From IMG/VR virus record IMGVR_UViG_3300042891_000711, positions 154,903 through 218,902 of that record: a DNA stretch of 64,000 nucleotides, one strand, 5' to 3'. The notes under the pieces are model-generated. The model searched no databases. It was not told the origin of the DNA and worked only from the letters and a program-made list of their open reading frames with translations. Positions 8,507-18,238 of the stretch are shown one piece after another (position 1 is the stretch's first letter; each line of letters starts with the position of its first letter). The position numbers were made by a program, and so were the translations under genes.

Positions 8507-9770
8507 ATACAGCCGGTCTCTCTTTTAATATGTCTGCTAGCGTATAGGTATCTTTACGTATACTTTCTAATTGTAGCACACGAGCCTTACCTTTTGCAAG
8601 ACTTACTTTATATGTATCTGGCCATTGCTCATCAAACGTTGGTCGTGATTTTAACTGCACAAGTATATCCTGCATAGCACCAGAAGTTTGTGGTATTAGT
8701 TCATCTAGCCAAGGATGTAGTAAGTCGCGTGGTAGTGCCAGCGGACTAAGGATGATGTCAGGGCTAAAGCTAAAAATAACTTTAGCCAAGACATCTACGT
8801 TTTCTTTTTCAGCAAGCTGGGTAATGTTTGTGACTTCAAACATGCCGGGCAGTGTGAGAGTAAAGTCAATTCGCATTTGCCTTCTATGACTTGCTGTTCT
8901 AACTCCTTCACGGAAATTTGCAAGCCATGTATTGTAGTCAAGTCCTGTTCTAATATATTCTCCAATTCGACCAGTTCCGTCGAGGCTTGCACAGATTTGC
9001 CAGTCACGTAGCCCAGATAGAATATCCCTATAGAGATTGATGCCACGATAGTCGACGCGGCTAAGATTTGTATTGTATCTTGCGTAAACATTTTTACCAT
9101 ATCCTAGTTCAACAATGCGTTGCATATAACGCCAATGTTGTTCATACATCAAGGGTTCACCACCCACCCAATATACTTCTTCTACTTGATGATCTTCAAC
9201 TGCTTGAGCAAACTCCTGTTCAATTTGACTATCTTGAAATTTTGATATTTCATTTCTTACTTCGGGCCGCATCCAATTGTTCTTTGGATTATGCCAGTTA
9301 ATCATGTCATATTGTCTTTGTTCAGACTCCCATGCACTGCTTAACATATCACCACACATACGACATTTGAAATTGCATAAGTTACTAAAGCGATAATCCC
9401 AGCTTACAGGACGAAGTGTAGTAGTTCCGTCTGGTTGGGTATTCTCTAGTACTTGCAAATACTTATGGCCAAACAGACTATCAAAATAACTACGGTAAAT
9501 GCTAGTGTTAAGTAATTTGTCATTGCACACTTCGCACTCAGGTAGTGTTTCACCTGCCATCATACGGCGACGTACACTTTTCATGTGTTCGCTATTCCAA
9601 TGTTCTTCAAGTGTAATAGGAATATATGTGCCAGTACCAGCTTTAGTATCTATGTACTGTTCAAAGTTCTGTGCGGGCTCGCGACTAGCACAGCACATAC
9701 GTCGCTCAGTTTGCGGACTAAGATATGTATGTACCCACGGTGCTAGACAAAGTGTACTAGGCTTCGACAT
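8481..9770 (-). CDS. Radical SAM protein with N-terminal twitch (Fe-S) domain
   Basis: N-terminal CLAPW..RMCC..CEVC, core NLCNFKCRMC, GGEP and YNTN. Confidence 0.9.
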   Translation of the reverse strand: MSKPSTLCLAPWVHTYLSPQTERRMCCASREPAQNFEQYIDTKAGTGTYIPITLEEHWNSEHMKSVRRRMMAGETLPECEVCNDKLLNTSIYRSYFDSLFGHKYLQVLENTQPDGTTTLRPVSWDYRFSNLCNFKCRMCGDMLSSAWESEQRQYDMINWHNPKNNWMRPEVRNEISKFQDSQIEQEFAQAVEDHQVEEVYWVGGEPLMYEQHWRYMQRIVELGYGKNVYARYNTNLSRVDYRGINLYRDILSGLRDWQICASLDGTGRIGEYIRTGLDYNTWLANFREGVRTASHRRQMRIDFTLTLPGMFEVTNITQLAEKENVDVLAKVIFSFSPDIILSPLALPRDLLHPWLDELIPQTSGAMQDILVQLKSRPTFDEQWPDTYKVSLAKGKARVLQLESIRKDTYTLADILKERPAVYEWYNNIA

Positions 9771-12312
9771 AGCCCATTGCTACAGCAATCTCTCTATGAG
9801 TAGTTAACATACTCTGCTCACGGTATGCGTCTGTCTGTTGCATCTTATGTAGGAATTCTGTGCCATCACTACCACCACCATTTTCGATAAATTGAATTAT
9901 CTTATCAATTTCAACTCGATGCTTAACATTAAATGGATAAGCAGATAATCTATCAATTACTAACTTTTGTGCATCCGTTGTCATTCGATTGATACACATA
10001 ACACTCGGGTCATGCAACATATTAAAATGCACCATATCAAATTGTTGAGTATTAACCCAGTCACATAGCTCGGGCAGATAATAAACATTTTGTATGTTAA
10101 CGGTCATGCAAACCTGTGTCTGAATTAAATTAGTTTTCATGGCATTAAATTTTATAACATTAGTTTTTACTTCTTCCCACACAGCACCATAGCGTTCGTA
10201 TTCAAAACGTGCTTCGGTATTATCAATACTAACTGCAATTTCAACATTTCTAAATTTACTCCATAAGGCAACTTCTTCGTCGCTTGGGTATACTGTACCG
10301 TTAGTATTATAGTGTATATCAATACGTTTACTATATCCATGCTCAACTGCATAGCGTAATAGTTTAAAATGCTCTTCGATTAGGAATGGTTCGCCGCCTG
10401 TGAATTCAAAGTACTTAATGTTTGGTAATAGTTCTTTTAAATTTTCCCAAAATACTTCGCTTTCCCTCGGCCAGGTTCCTTCTTGTAGGAACATATATGC
10501 ACCGTGTTGTTTACGGTCATATCCCTGCACGTCTTTATATTTTCTAGCTTCGTAATCAATTTCTTCTTTAGCCCATTTACTGCTACTCCATGATCCGCAT
10601 ATACGACATTTAAGATTACAGATGTTGCCTAGTTTAAGATCAATGAACCAAAGTTGATCCGGTGTATCATTACGCCAATCAACTATTGGATAGAATTCTT
10701 TAAGTCTAATTCTGCTGTTGATACGTTTACTAACTATGCCCGCATCTTCTTCACTCCAGCAACGATTGCATGTACTAGGCTTTTCACCTCGACGGAATTG
10801 TTGGCGCAGGTCCTGCATGTATTCACTATTGTAAATTTCAGCCAAGGAGCTTTCTCTAAGTTTATACGGAGTACCATCGGGTTTAGTAATTTCATCTTTA
10901 GCCAGACAACACGGACGGGCTGTGCCGACTGGACTTGCTTCAATACTGACCCACGGCAACATACAGATATTATCATGTGTCTTATTGATTCCCAAATGGT
11001 CTCTCAACTCTTGATATTCTGGAAACACTTCTTCGAATGTTTCTTTTCTAAACTCATCGGTTTGATCATTTATCTTAAAAAATTCTTTTAATAAATGGCT
11101 CTTATCGTCTTGATACATAAATGTGATAATAGCTCGATAACCCGATATAGCTCGTTGTAAATGATCCTGTGGGTCAAGCCAAGCAATATGTTCTTCAACA
11201 CGTTGCTTAATTCTATCTTTAAACTGAATTGGTAATACATCGATTCGATCACGTTCTGGACTTTGTAGAATGTTAACATTCCAATCCATTGCTTTAATTA
11301 AGCCAAGTTCAACCCATTCTTTATGAAATTCAGTTAAATGCCAAGCATTAAGTATACTAACTGTACTGCTGACATAAAAGTCAACTTTAGGACAAATTTC
11401 AATCATTTTGCGTCGATTTTCTACTGTTTCTGCCCAGTCTGTGCCCTTGCGGATGTATTCTCCGCGAAGATATGAATCATCTAAACTAGCACCCACACTT
11501 ACTACATCAAACAGTTTCCAATATTCAAATACCATCTTATCTTTAAGACGTATGTGACTGAAGTTTGTGTTGTAGATTAACCTAACATGGAACATTTCAC
11601 GCTTAACCAGTTCTTCTAATATGCGATAATGTTCTTCCATGATTAATGGCTCGCCGCCGGCAAAGTAAATCTGTTCTAGATAGGGAATGTGTTCCTGCAT
11701 CTGTTCCCACATGTCATCTTTATTTTTACCTGCAAACATAATCTGCGGATGATTTAATTTACCGAATAGTTTAGTTTCTTCTGCAAACCAACTACTGCTG
11801 AATAAACTACCACAAGTACGGCAACTAAAGTTACATAGATTACTAAAACGTACATCATAGTAGCGTAGTTTAAAGTCATCTAAACTACCGTCGGCATTAG
11901 TTTTATCTGCTAAGGCAATATGATGTCCAAAGTTCTTATTTTGACTGTTGCGCATCGAAAAGAATCCGTTGTCTTCTTGTTCGTAACAACGTGTACATTC
12001 TTTACTGGGTTTATCCTCTAACATATTTAGACGCATCTGTTTGTATGGGGTTCCATTCCATACTTCTGCCATGGTATTCTCTTTGAAGTTACCAATCGGC
12101 AAATGCATTTCACCTAAACAACATGGATATGCACGACCATCGGGAATTCCATGCATGTGCGTCCATGGTATCATACAGAAGTGCTTGCTTTCTATTAGTT
12201 TATATGTTTGATCTTCTGTTAACTCATCTTCATGTATATACACAGGTTTACGTGTATTGTAATTGTGATTTTTATGATGTACAGTTAATTTTTTGCTTGG
12301 CTCATCGCTCAT
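9757..12312 (-). CDS. Tandem double twitch-radical SAM protein (two complete modules)
   Basis: Module 1: CMIPW..PCC..CTRC + CNFSCRTC + GGEP. Module 2: CMLPW..PCC..CNRC + CNLKCRIC + GGEP. Confidence 0.9.
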   Translation of the reverse strand: MSDEPSKKLTVHHKNHNYNTRKPVYIHEDELTEDQTYKLIESKHFCMIPWTHMHGIPDGRAYPCCLGEMHLPIGNFKENTMAEVWNGTPYKQMRLNMLEDKPSKECTRCYEQEDNGFFSMRNSQNKNFGHHIALADKTNADGSLDDFKLRYYDVRFSNLCNFSCRTCGSLFSSSWFAEETKLFGKLNHPQIMFAGKNKDDMWEQMQEHIPYLEQIYFAGGEPLIMEEHYRILEELVKREMFHVRLIYNTNFSHIRLKDKMVFEYWKLFDVVSVGASLDDSYLRGEYIRKGTDWAETVENRRKMIEICPKVDFYVSSTVSILNAWHLTEFHKEWVELGLIKAMDWNVNILQSPERDRIDVLPIQFKDRIKQRVEEHIAWLDPQDHLQRAISGYRAIITFMYQDDKSHLLKEFFKINDQTDEFRKETFEEVFPEYQELRDHLGINKTHDNICMLPWVSIEASPVGTARPCCLAKDEITKPDGTPYKLRESSLAEIYNSEYMQDLRQQFRRGEKPSTCNRCWSEEDAGIVSKRINSRIRLKEFYPIVDWRNDTPDQLWFIDLKLGNICNLKCRICGSWSSSKWAKEEIDYEARKYKDVQGYDRKQHGAYMFLQEGTWPRESEVFWENLKELLPNIKYFEFTGGEPFLIEEHFKLLRYAVEHGYSKRIDIHYNTNGTVYPSDEEVALWSKFRNVEIAVSIDNTEARFEYERYGAVWEEVKTNVIKFNAMKTNLIQTQVCMTVNIQNVYYLPELCDWVNTQQFDMVHFNMLHDPSVMCINRMTTDAQKLVIDRLSAYPFNVKHRVEIDKIIQFIENGGGSDGTEFLHKMQQTDAYREQSMLTTHREIAVAMGYVEA

Positions 12313-13661
12313 AAGGTGTCGTACCAGTTAGTTAATTGTGTAAATGTATATTTAAAGTCTTTGCCTCGACGTTGGTCGTATTGCTGATAAAATTGTTTAA
12401 AATCGTTTTGTAATTTAGGCAAATCAAATGCTTCAGCATGCGGAATATCTACCATGGTCAAATATTCAATTAGTCGTTTAATGTGCTCAAATTCGTGCTC
12501 ATGAAATACTGTATTCTTATTATTGTTAGCTAAAAAAGTTTCAAGTTCTAAACTATATTTTTTACGTAGTTCTAAGGGTAATATTAAAGGGCTTTGGAAA
12601 CTTGGAAAGCGCAGAATATTTAGAGTAAACGACAATGAATCACGTCCGTATTTCTCTTTGAGTTTCATTATATTGTACAAAAATTCACTGAGGCTTGATA
12701 AACACAGGGCATTGATTGTGCCCATGATATGCACGCCGCGCACCTGTTTGGATTCTAATAGAAATACTAAATTTTTGACCCATTGTTTCCATTCTAATCC
12801 ATCACGTATATACTCTGCTTGTGCGCCCATAGCTTCGTTACTGGTGTAGATATCAAGTTCGATACCCTGTGTGCTATCCAGCAAGCGTTCGAGTACATCA
12901 CGTTTAAAGCCAAGATTACTATTGATAGCTAGGCGTGTAGTACTGGCACCTTTATGTTCTTTAAACCAATCTATTAGACGCCATGTATAACCCGACATCA
13001 AGGGTTCACCACCTGTGATGCGCAGTTCTTTTAACGTCTTGTGTAGGTCTGTTTCCCACCACTTAAAGAACGCTTCCACATAAGGATTAACTTCATTGAG
13101 TGTGTAAAGTTGACTACTATCATGAACATGAGTAAAGTGATTCCTACCGTCTGATACCAAGTTTGTGTAAGCACCATTTGTTTTAATATCTCTGACCCAG
13201 GCGCTACTAAAAGCAGGATTGCAGTAACTACAAGCAAATTGACAAGTACGGTCAAAAGAAATTTCCAATGTCTGCAGATCCACGTCTTGGTCCGCGGGTA
13301 AATTATATGCATAATCTAAATCCTCATCTTTATAAATTACAGTTTTGTACACACGGTCACTGACTGCCGCTGTGCCCATGTCTTCAATCTTCCAGCAGTA
13401 TTCACAGCCCGCGGGTCGTTCACCTTGTTGCATCATACGACGTTCTTCTTTCTTACGTATGCTGTTGTGCAGGGCTTTGGGATTAGCAGCAATATCCTCA
13501 AGTGACACTTTGTGCGGTAGTGGATGATGACAGCTAGTAGTCATACCCGAACCCAACCATATAGTAGCATTGTACCACTTGGCCGCACAGAATGATTCTG
13601 ACTTAATGTCAATTACTCTACGCTTGTATTCTAAGTCTGTTTCGTTATTAATTTTCGGCAT
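12309..13661 (-). CDS. Radical SAM protein with N-terminal twitch domain (SCHHP subtype)
   Basis: CAAKW..SCHHP..CEYC, core CQFACSYC and GGEP. Confidence 0.9.
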   Translation of the reverse strand: MPKINNETDLEYKRRVIDIKSESFCAAKWYNATIWLGSGMTTSCHHPLPHKVSLEDIAANPKALHNSIRKKEERRMMQQGERPAGCEYCWKIEDMGTAAVSDRVYKTVIYKDEDLDYAYNLPADQDVDLQTLEISFDRTCQFACSYCNPAFSSAWVRDIKTNGAYTNLVSDGRNHFTHVHDSSQLYTLNEVNPYVEAFFKWWETDLHKTLKELRITGGEPLMSGYTWRLIDWFKEHKGASTTRLAINSNLGFKRDVLERLLDSTQGIELDIYTSNEAMGAQAEYIRDGLEWKQWVKNLVFLLESKQVRGVHIMGTINALCLSSLSEFLYNIMKLKEKYGRDSLSFTLNILRFPSFQSPLILPLELRKKYSLELETFLANNNKNTVFHEHEFEHIKRLIEYLTMVDIPHAEAFDLPKLQNDFKQFYQQYDQRRGKDFKYTFTQLTNWYDTL

Positions 13662-15045
13662 GATATTTGCATTCGTTCCAAAATTCTCGCATCTGTGGGA
13701 ATATGTCTGTAAAATGTCCTATGTCAGTTTCGTATGCGCCGCGACGTTTATCGTATTCGCTAAAGAATCGATAGAAGTCCGCACGTTGTAGTGTAACATA
13801 CTTTGCATCTAACTTGCTACCATCTCGCATCCAAAGTAAGTTGCGTTCCATACGCTGTATTTCATAATCTTTAAAGCCAACAAAACTATCGTTGGGCATT
13901 AGGTTAGCCCGCATAAATGCTATAACATCTTCTAATACTGTCTGGTAACTTGCTGGAAGTATCTGTAAACTTTGCCAAGTTGGACTACGTAGTAAAGGTG
14001 TATCAAACCAAACACGTTGATAAGTTTCGCTATACAATTCACGTTGATCTAATACAGTCTGCAATAATTGTTTTAGTCCTAAAATATTTAAATTACTCAT
14101 CGTGATGATATAGGTTAGGCTATTGCGATAAGGTATATGTGTAAGATAACGATGTACATATGAATTTACTCTATGTTGATTTAAACCACGACGAATATAC
14201 TCCGACTGTCTGGTGTCACCCGAATCTAAACTAACATACTGCATAAAGTGTTCGATGCGTTCACCTTCGCATAGCTGTTTTACTTTGTCTAGATACTTGT
14301 CAAACAGTTCAGGCTCGACACTAAAGTTACTGGTTACATCAACGTGCAAGTCACTCTTAGGCAAGGCAAGTATGTAGTCAAACACACGATGCGTATTCTT
14401 ATCCATAAGTGGTTCGCCACCTGTCATACGGAAGTGTTTTAGTTTAGGATATAGTTCAGGCCACCAAGACCAAAATGCATCTACATAAGGATTTTCTGCA
14501 CGTACTGGAATTGGCTTACGTCGACCTTCAAAATGTTCAGGCGCATTGTGCGGAGTACTAGTTGGATATGCTCCCCATCGGTCAATATCTGTACCCCACT
14601 TAGTACTGTACTGCGGACTGCAATAGCTACATGCCAAATTACAGCCATGACTGAAGTTTACTTCTACATAACTTGGCGTAACGTCCTGATCCCAAGGTGC
14701 ATTAACTATAGTTTCGTAGTGTTCAGCAGCCCATGGTTCGCCACTGCGATAATGCCTATCGCTTAGTTGCTGGTTATCTTCTGCACTCCAACAGTAGCTG
14801 CATTCTGCCGGACGTGTTTGCTCTAGCATAAGTTTACGTTGCTGTTTCTTATAGTCAGTATTGTGTAAGGCACTGGGATTGAATAGTAATGGTGCGCTAT
14901 CAATTTCATGTAAAGGCGGATGATAACAACTGTTAGTTAAGCCCGTTGGTAAATGTAGACTTACCTGTTGCCACTTAGCCAAGCAGAGTGCCGGACCTAA
15001 CTTGTCCTTCATTTCTTCTGCGGCAGACATGAAATTACTACTCAC
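13648..15045 (-). CDS. Radical SAM protein with N-terminal twitch domain (SCYHP subtype)
   Basis: CLAKW..SCYHP..CSYC, core CNLACSYC and GGEP. The start is probably GTG 15045 (overlapping the upstream stop) or ATG 15030. Confidence 0.88.
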   Translation of the reverse strand: MSSNFMSAAEEMKDKLGPALCLAKWQQVSLHLPTGLTNSCYHPPLHEIDSAPLLFNPSALHNTDYKKQQRKLMLEQTRPAECSYCWSAEDNQQLSDRHYRSGEPWAAEHYETIVNAPWDQDVTPSYVEVNFSHGCNLACSYCSPQYSTKWGTDIDRWGAYPTSTPHNAPEHFEGRRKPIPVRAENPYVDAFWSWWPELYPKLKHFRMTGGEPLMDKNTHRVFDYILALPKSDLHVDVTSNFSVEPELFDKYLDKVKQLCEGERIEHFMQYVSLDSGDTRQSEYIRRGLNQHRVNSYVHRYLTHIPYRNSLTYIITMSNLNILGLKQLLQTVLDQRELYSETYQRVWFDTPLLRSPTWQSLQILPASYQTVLEDVIAFMRANLMPNDSFVGFKDYEIQRMERNLLWMRDGSKLDAKYVTLQRADFYRFFSEYDKRRGAYETDIGHFTDIFPQMREFWNECKYHAEN

Positions 15046-15934
15046 GTGACATTGGGCCTCGGTTTTTAAACACACTTTTGTAGTGATGTTTAAAGAATCT
15101 ACTTTGATCAGCTGTGAAATGTGGAGCAGGTAATCCTAGTTTTACGCTTAATGTATGTGACATTTCACTACATTCTTCTACTAGATTATATACTTTATGT
15201 TGATGCCATATATTGTTTAGTGCATCGAAGTCCTGCACTTCTCTATAATCCCAATCTGTAATCATAGTCATGTATGTGCCTAGTTTAGCACCGTACATGG
15301 CCCAGTCACCGTTCTCTACATCTATGCCCACATTGTGCCATATGCTTAGATGATCATAGTTACGTTCGTGTACACGTTTTTCAAATTCTTGTAGTGTAGG
15401 TTTGGCACCACGATCCAAACACATCTTAACACCTTCTCTAAAGCCAGCTCGCCATGCTTGATAAGGACTTTGATTTGGATATGTTGTGCTGTAGCAATCA
15501 TTCATTGCCCAATATCGTGGATCAAAACAAAACTCAACTGCGGTATCATCTGCACCATCGCTGGCTTCGTGTGTACGCATATTGTTTACAAAATCCTTGG
15601 TCCAGCAACTCATACCACCATTGCCGTACATAAGTCCGTTGATAATGTTACGTGCTTTCCAACGGAATACTACATCTCGATTAGTATCATCCAGTGTAAG
15701 CTGTAGGTTAAAGAACTCTGGATCGGGTAAGTTATCACCATCTATTAATACAAAGCGTTCAGTATCACTTGCGGCGGCCGCGGCTTTATGTGCAGCATCA
15801 CTGCCCTTGACACCGTCTACTCGTTTAGCCCACGGCACCATGTTTTGAATTTTAATCCAAAACTCTTCTTTTTTAGGTTCATCGTAACTTAGGTAGATGC
15901 AGTCTAAATCTGCAATATCAACGATTTGTGTCAT
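15038..15934 (-). CDS. Glycosyltransferase-like protein (GT-A fold)
   Basis: DCIYLSYDEP...AHKAAA...FVLIDGDN (DxD), YGNGG and WRAGFREGVK. Confidence 0.6.
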   Translation of the reverse strand: MTQIVDIADLDCIYLSYDEPKKEEFWIKIQNMVPWAKRVDGVKGSDAAHKAAAAASDTERFVLIDGDNLPDPEFFNLQLTLDDTNRDVVFRWKARNIINGLMYGNGGMSCWTKDFVNNMRTHEASDGADDTAVEFCFDPRYWAMNDCYSTTYPNQSPYQAWRAGFREGVKMCLDRGAKPTLQEFEKRVHERNYDHLSIWHNVGIDVENGDWAMYGAKLGTYMTMITDWDYREVQDFDALNNIWHQHKVYNLVEECSEMSHTLSVKLGLPAPHFTADQSRFFKHHYKSVFKNRGPMSRE

Positions 15935-16268
15935 AGTATTCTATATCCTGGTAGGTGTCAGTTGATTCTATTATTAGTCCTGCATGTTTCTTTACAGTAG
16001 CGTAGCCTGTGATACTACTAGTTAATTGTACACGATAACCCGGGTTGTTGTCAATCTTTTTTAGACGGCAGTCTACAATTGTATAGCGGAAATAATTCTC
16101 ATATTCATCTTGACTAACAACAACATACTGCGTATCTGCTGGGTGGTTCATCATTGTACACATTGTAATGATTCCAAGTTCATTGTAGTGTAATCTATAT
16201 TCTTTAACTTCTTCTACAGTAGGTTTGAGCATTGCCAATGCTTTTTCAAATTCACTTAAAGAGTTCAT
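15918..16268 (-). CDS. Hypothetical protein
   Basis: ~116-aa ORF overlapping both neighbours in the operon. Confidence 0.6.
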   Translation of the reverse strand: MNSLSEFEKALAMLKPTVEEVKEYRLHYNELGIITMCTMMNHPADTQYVVVSQDEYENYFRYTIVDCRLKKIDNNPGYRVQLTSSITGYATVKKHAGLIIESTDTYQDIEYYDTNR

Positions 16269-17109
16269 GTTCATACTCCTTGACTAATTGATCCGTTACC
16301 CAAGACTTTTCATGATAGTGAACGGGGTGATATTGATTGGTGTTTGCTATGCGTATCATTGGCAGTTCTGTTTCACACATGACTAACTCGGGCCAGGGTG
16401 TACTAGTCCATGCATTAATTGCTGGCTTCATATGCACAAAATTAATAAAGTCTAGGCTAGGTAGTGTACAATCTTCTACACCAAGTAACTTTGCAGCTAG
16501 AGCATAGACAACATCAGTAGTGGGATTATCATCACGGCAGTTAAGTAATACATTGTCACGTATGTAGGCCCAATTTTTAAATATTTGTTCTGCTAAGGCA
16601 AAGAATTGCGTAGCTTCACGACTGTATCTAAAATACATTAGCCCATTGTAGGTATCGGGCAATTCATTATCGTCAAATAACTTTCTGTATTCTCGTGATA
16701 CGCTTAACTCCTGCTGATAGTTTCTACAGCCGGTGCTTAGTACAACATTTTTTAATCTAAAAGCAGTCCACCAATGTGCAATACTTCTAGTGAATACAAT
16801 GTCACTTTCAAGTTTAATTGTTTCTTTGAATGGAGTGAGATAAAATGCCTGCCATTCATTTGATAACTTCCATGTTTCGTTTTCAGCTAGGTCATTCTCA
16901 ATAGTAACAACATAATCAAACACCCGTCGATGTTGTTCTGTTATCTGTTCAAGTGTATGTTTATCAACTGCTACTGCGTATAAACTATCAGGCATGGTCA
17001 GTTTAATACTCATTGCTTGCACGTAAGCAAGCTGTAAGTAATCAACCTCTGTGGTATTCTGCGCAATGGTCATAAAACCCTGCTGTGCTTGATGTGGTGT
17101 TATGCGCAT
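16252..17109 (-). CDS. Nucleotide-diphospho-sugar transferase-like protein (GT-A; ESD in place of DxD)
   Basis: TPFKETIKLESD, YNGLMYF, TTDVVYALA and FVHMK; paralog of 17100..17876. Confidence 0.6.
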   Translation of the reverse strand: MRITPHQAQQGFMTIAQNTTEVDYLQLAYVQAMSIKLTMPDSLYAVAVDKHTLEQITEQHRRVFDYVVTIENDLAENETWKLSNEWQAFYLTPFKETIKLESDIVFTRSIAHWWTAFRLKNVVLSTGCRNYQQELSVSREYRKLFDDNELPDTYNGLMYFRYSREATQFFALAEQIFKNWAYIRDNVLLNCRDDNPTTDVVYALAAKLLGVEDCTLPSLDFINFVHMKPAINAWTSTPWPELVMCETELPMIRIANTNQYHPVHYHEKSWVTDQLVKEYEHELFK

Positions 17110-17876
17110 ACTGTATCTACCAACTGATTAAAATTTTCACTAAGCAAATAATCTTTATCCATCACGTGTATGTTTTGCAGGGCAATGACATGTGCAGAAT
17201 TTTCTTCGCGTATAATCATCTTTTCGCCCGTTATTTCAATGTTTTTAATTAGTTTATCCAGGGTTAACATAGTCCAAGGTATACTTTGTGTGGTGTTAGT
17301 AGTGTACCCATTAATGATGTTGTTAGCAATAGCAAACGCATAATCATTGCGGAAATTACGTTCTCTTAAGTGATATAGTTTTTGATAGTAAGCATAGTTA
17401 CGTTCAATACGACCAACTAAATCAAATAACATTTGTGTTTTATCTGTACGCTTAAATGTTATAGCAGTTGCCCATACATAATCTAAACTTAACTGACCCA
17501 TGTTGCCCGACATTGACTGTTCAGGGCTTTGATTATTGTGCATTAACTTATAATCAACTGTTGTATCAAGTATAGTTAATAAACTTGAGTCTAACTGTAG
17601 ATAGTCACTGTCAAGTAAGATAGTTTCGTCATAAGGGCTAAGTTCGTATGCACGATATCTACCACCATTCTTCCATTCTGTACCACCAGCATAGCCAGTG
17701 CGATAGTTAGCTAAACTAGGTACGCCCAGATCTGTGATAATGGTAGTAGGTAAGTTTAATGTATGTTTTATTAGTCGTGCGGCTTGCTCAGCGATTCTAA
17801 CATAATCAACTGTGGCAGTGTTAACAGCAAATAGTACAACACCTTTAGACTTTGCGGGCACGTCGAATTTCTTCAT
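17100..17876 (-). CDS. Nucleotide-diphospho-sugar transferase-like protein (GT-A)
   Basis: SPYDETILLDSDY (DxD), WATAITF, FRNDYAFAIA and HVMDK. Confidence 0.65.
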   Translation of the reverse strand: MKKFDVPAKSKGVVLFAVNTATVDYVRIAEQAARLIKHTLNLPTTIITDLGVPSLANYRTGYAGGTEWKNGGRYRAYELSPYDETILLDSDYLQLDSSLLTILDTTVDYKLMHNNQSPEQSMSGNMGQLSLDYVWATAITFKRTDKTQMLFDLVGRIERNYAYYQKLYHLRERNFRNDYAFAIANNIINGYTTNTTQSIPWTMLTLDKLIKNIEITGEKMIIREENSAHVIALQNIHVMDKDYLLSENFNQLVDTVCA

Positions 17877-18162
17877 ATTGAATATGCCATGCGTTCATTA
17901 CTTGTTGATAGTGTTGCTGACACAATTCTAAAAATGCTAGTCGTTGTATTTCTATAGGATTTTCGTAGGTATCTTCAAGATATAGTGTATCAGCAGTCCA
18001 AGTTGATAGGAATGCTATAAGTTCCGGTGTTACTTTAAAGAGTCCATTGTTATACGGAACATGTAAGTCCGTTTGTATTTTTTCTTTAAGTATGCGTTTG
18101 TTGGTTTGATAATCCGTTGCTTGTTTAATTTGAGCAACTAGTTGAGTAATTTCTGTTGTCAT
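17845..18162 (-). CDS. Hypothetical protein, first gene of the modification operon (possible tail-fibre-assembly-like fold)
   Basis: The start MTTEIT at 18162 lies downstream of the promoter/terminator junction. The helical protein contains YNNGLFKVTPELIAF...LEDTYENPIEI. Confidence 0.55.
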   Translation of the reverse strand: MTTEITQLVAQIKQATDYQTNKRILKEKIQTDLHVPYNNGLFKVTPELIAFLSTWTADTLYLEDTYENPIEIQRLAFLELCQQHYQQVMNAWHIQYEEIRRARKV

Positions 18163-18178
18163 AATAGTAATTAGCCAT

Positions 18179-18209
18179 AAAAATAGGTAAGTCAAAATAA
18201 CTTACCTAT
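18179..18209 (-). terminator. Intrinsic terminator after the last tail-fibre gene
   Basis: Perfect 10-bp inverted repeat ATAGGTAAGT (18183-92) / ACTTACCTAT (18200-09), followed by a T run on the minus strand. Confidence 0.7.
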
Positions 18210-18238
18210 AGTATAAGACATTTGTATTAAGTTGTCAA
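18210..18238 (-). promoter_or_regulatory. Consensus sigma70 promoter driving the GT/radical SAM operon
   Basis: Minus strand reads TTGACA (18238-33) - N17 - TATACT (18215-10). Confidence 0.8.

Noticed and set aside
8481-15045. Radical SAMs as queuosine/7-deazaguanine (QueE), MoaA or anaerobic RNR activase
   Set aside because: The N-terminal twitch architecture does not fit, and there are no FolE/QueC/QueD/DpdA, Moa or NrdD partners in the window.
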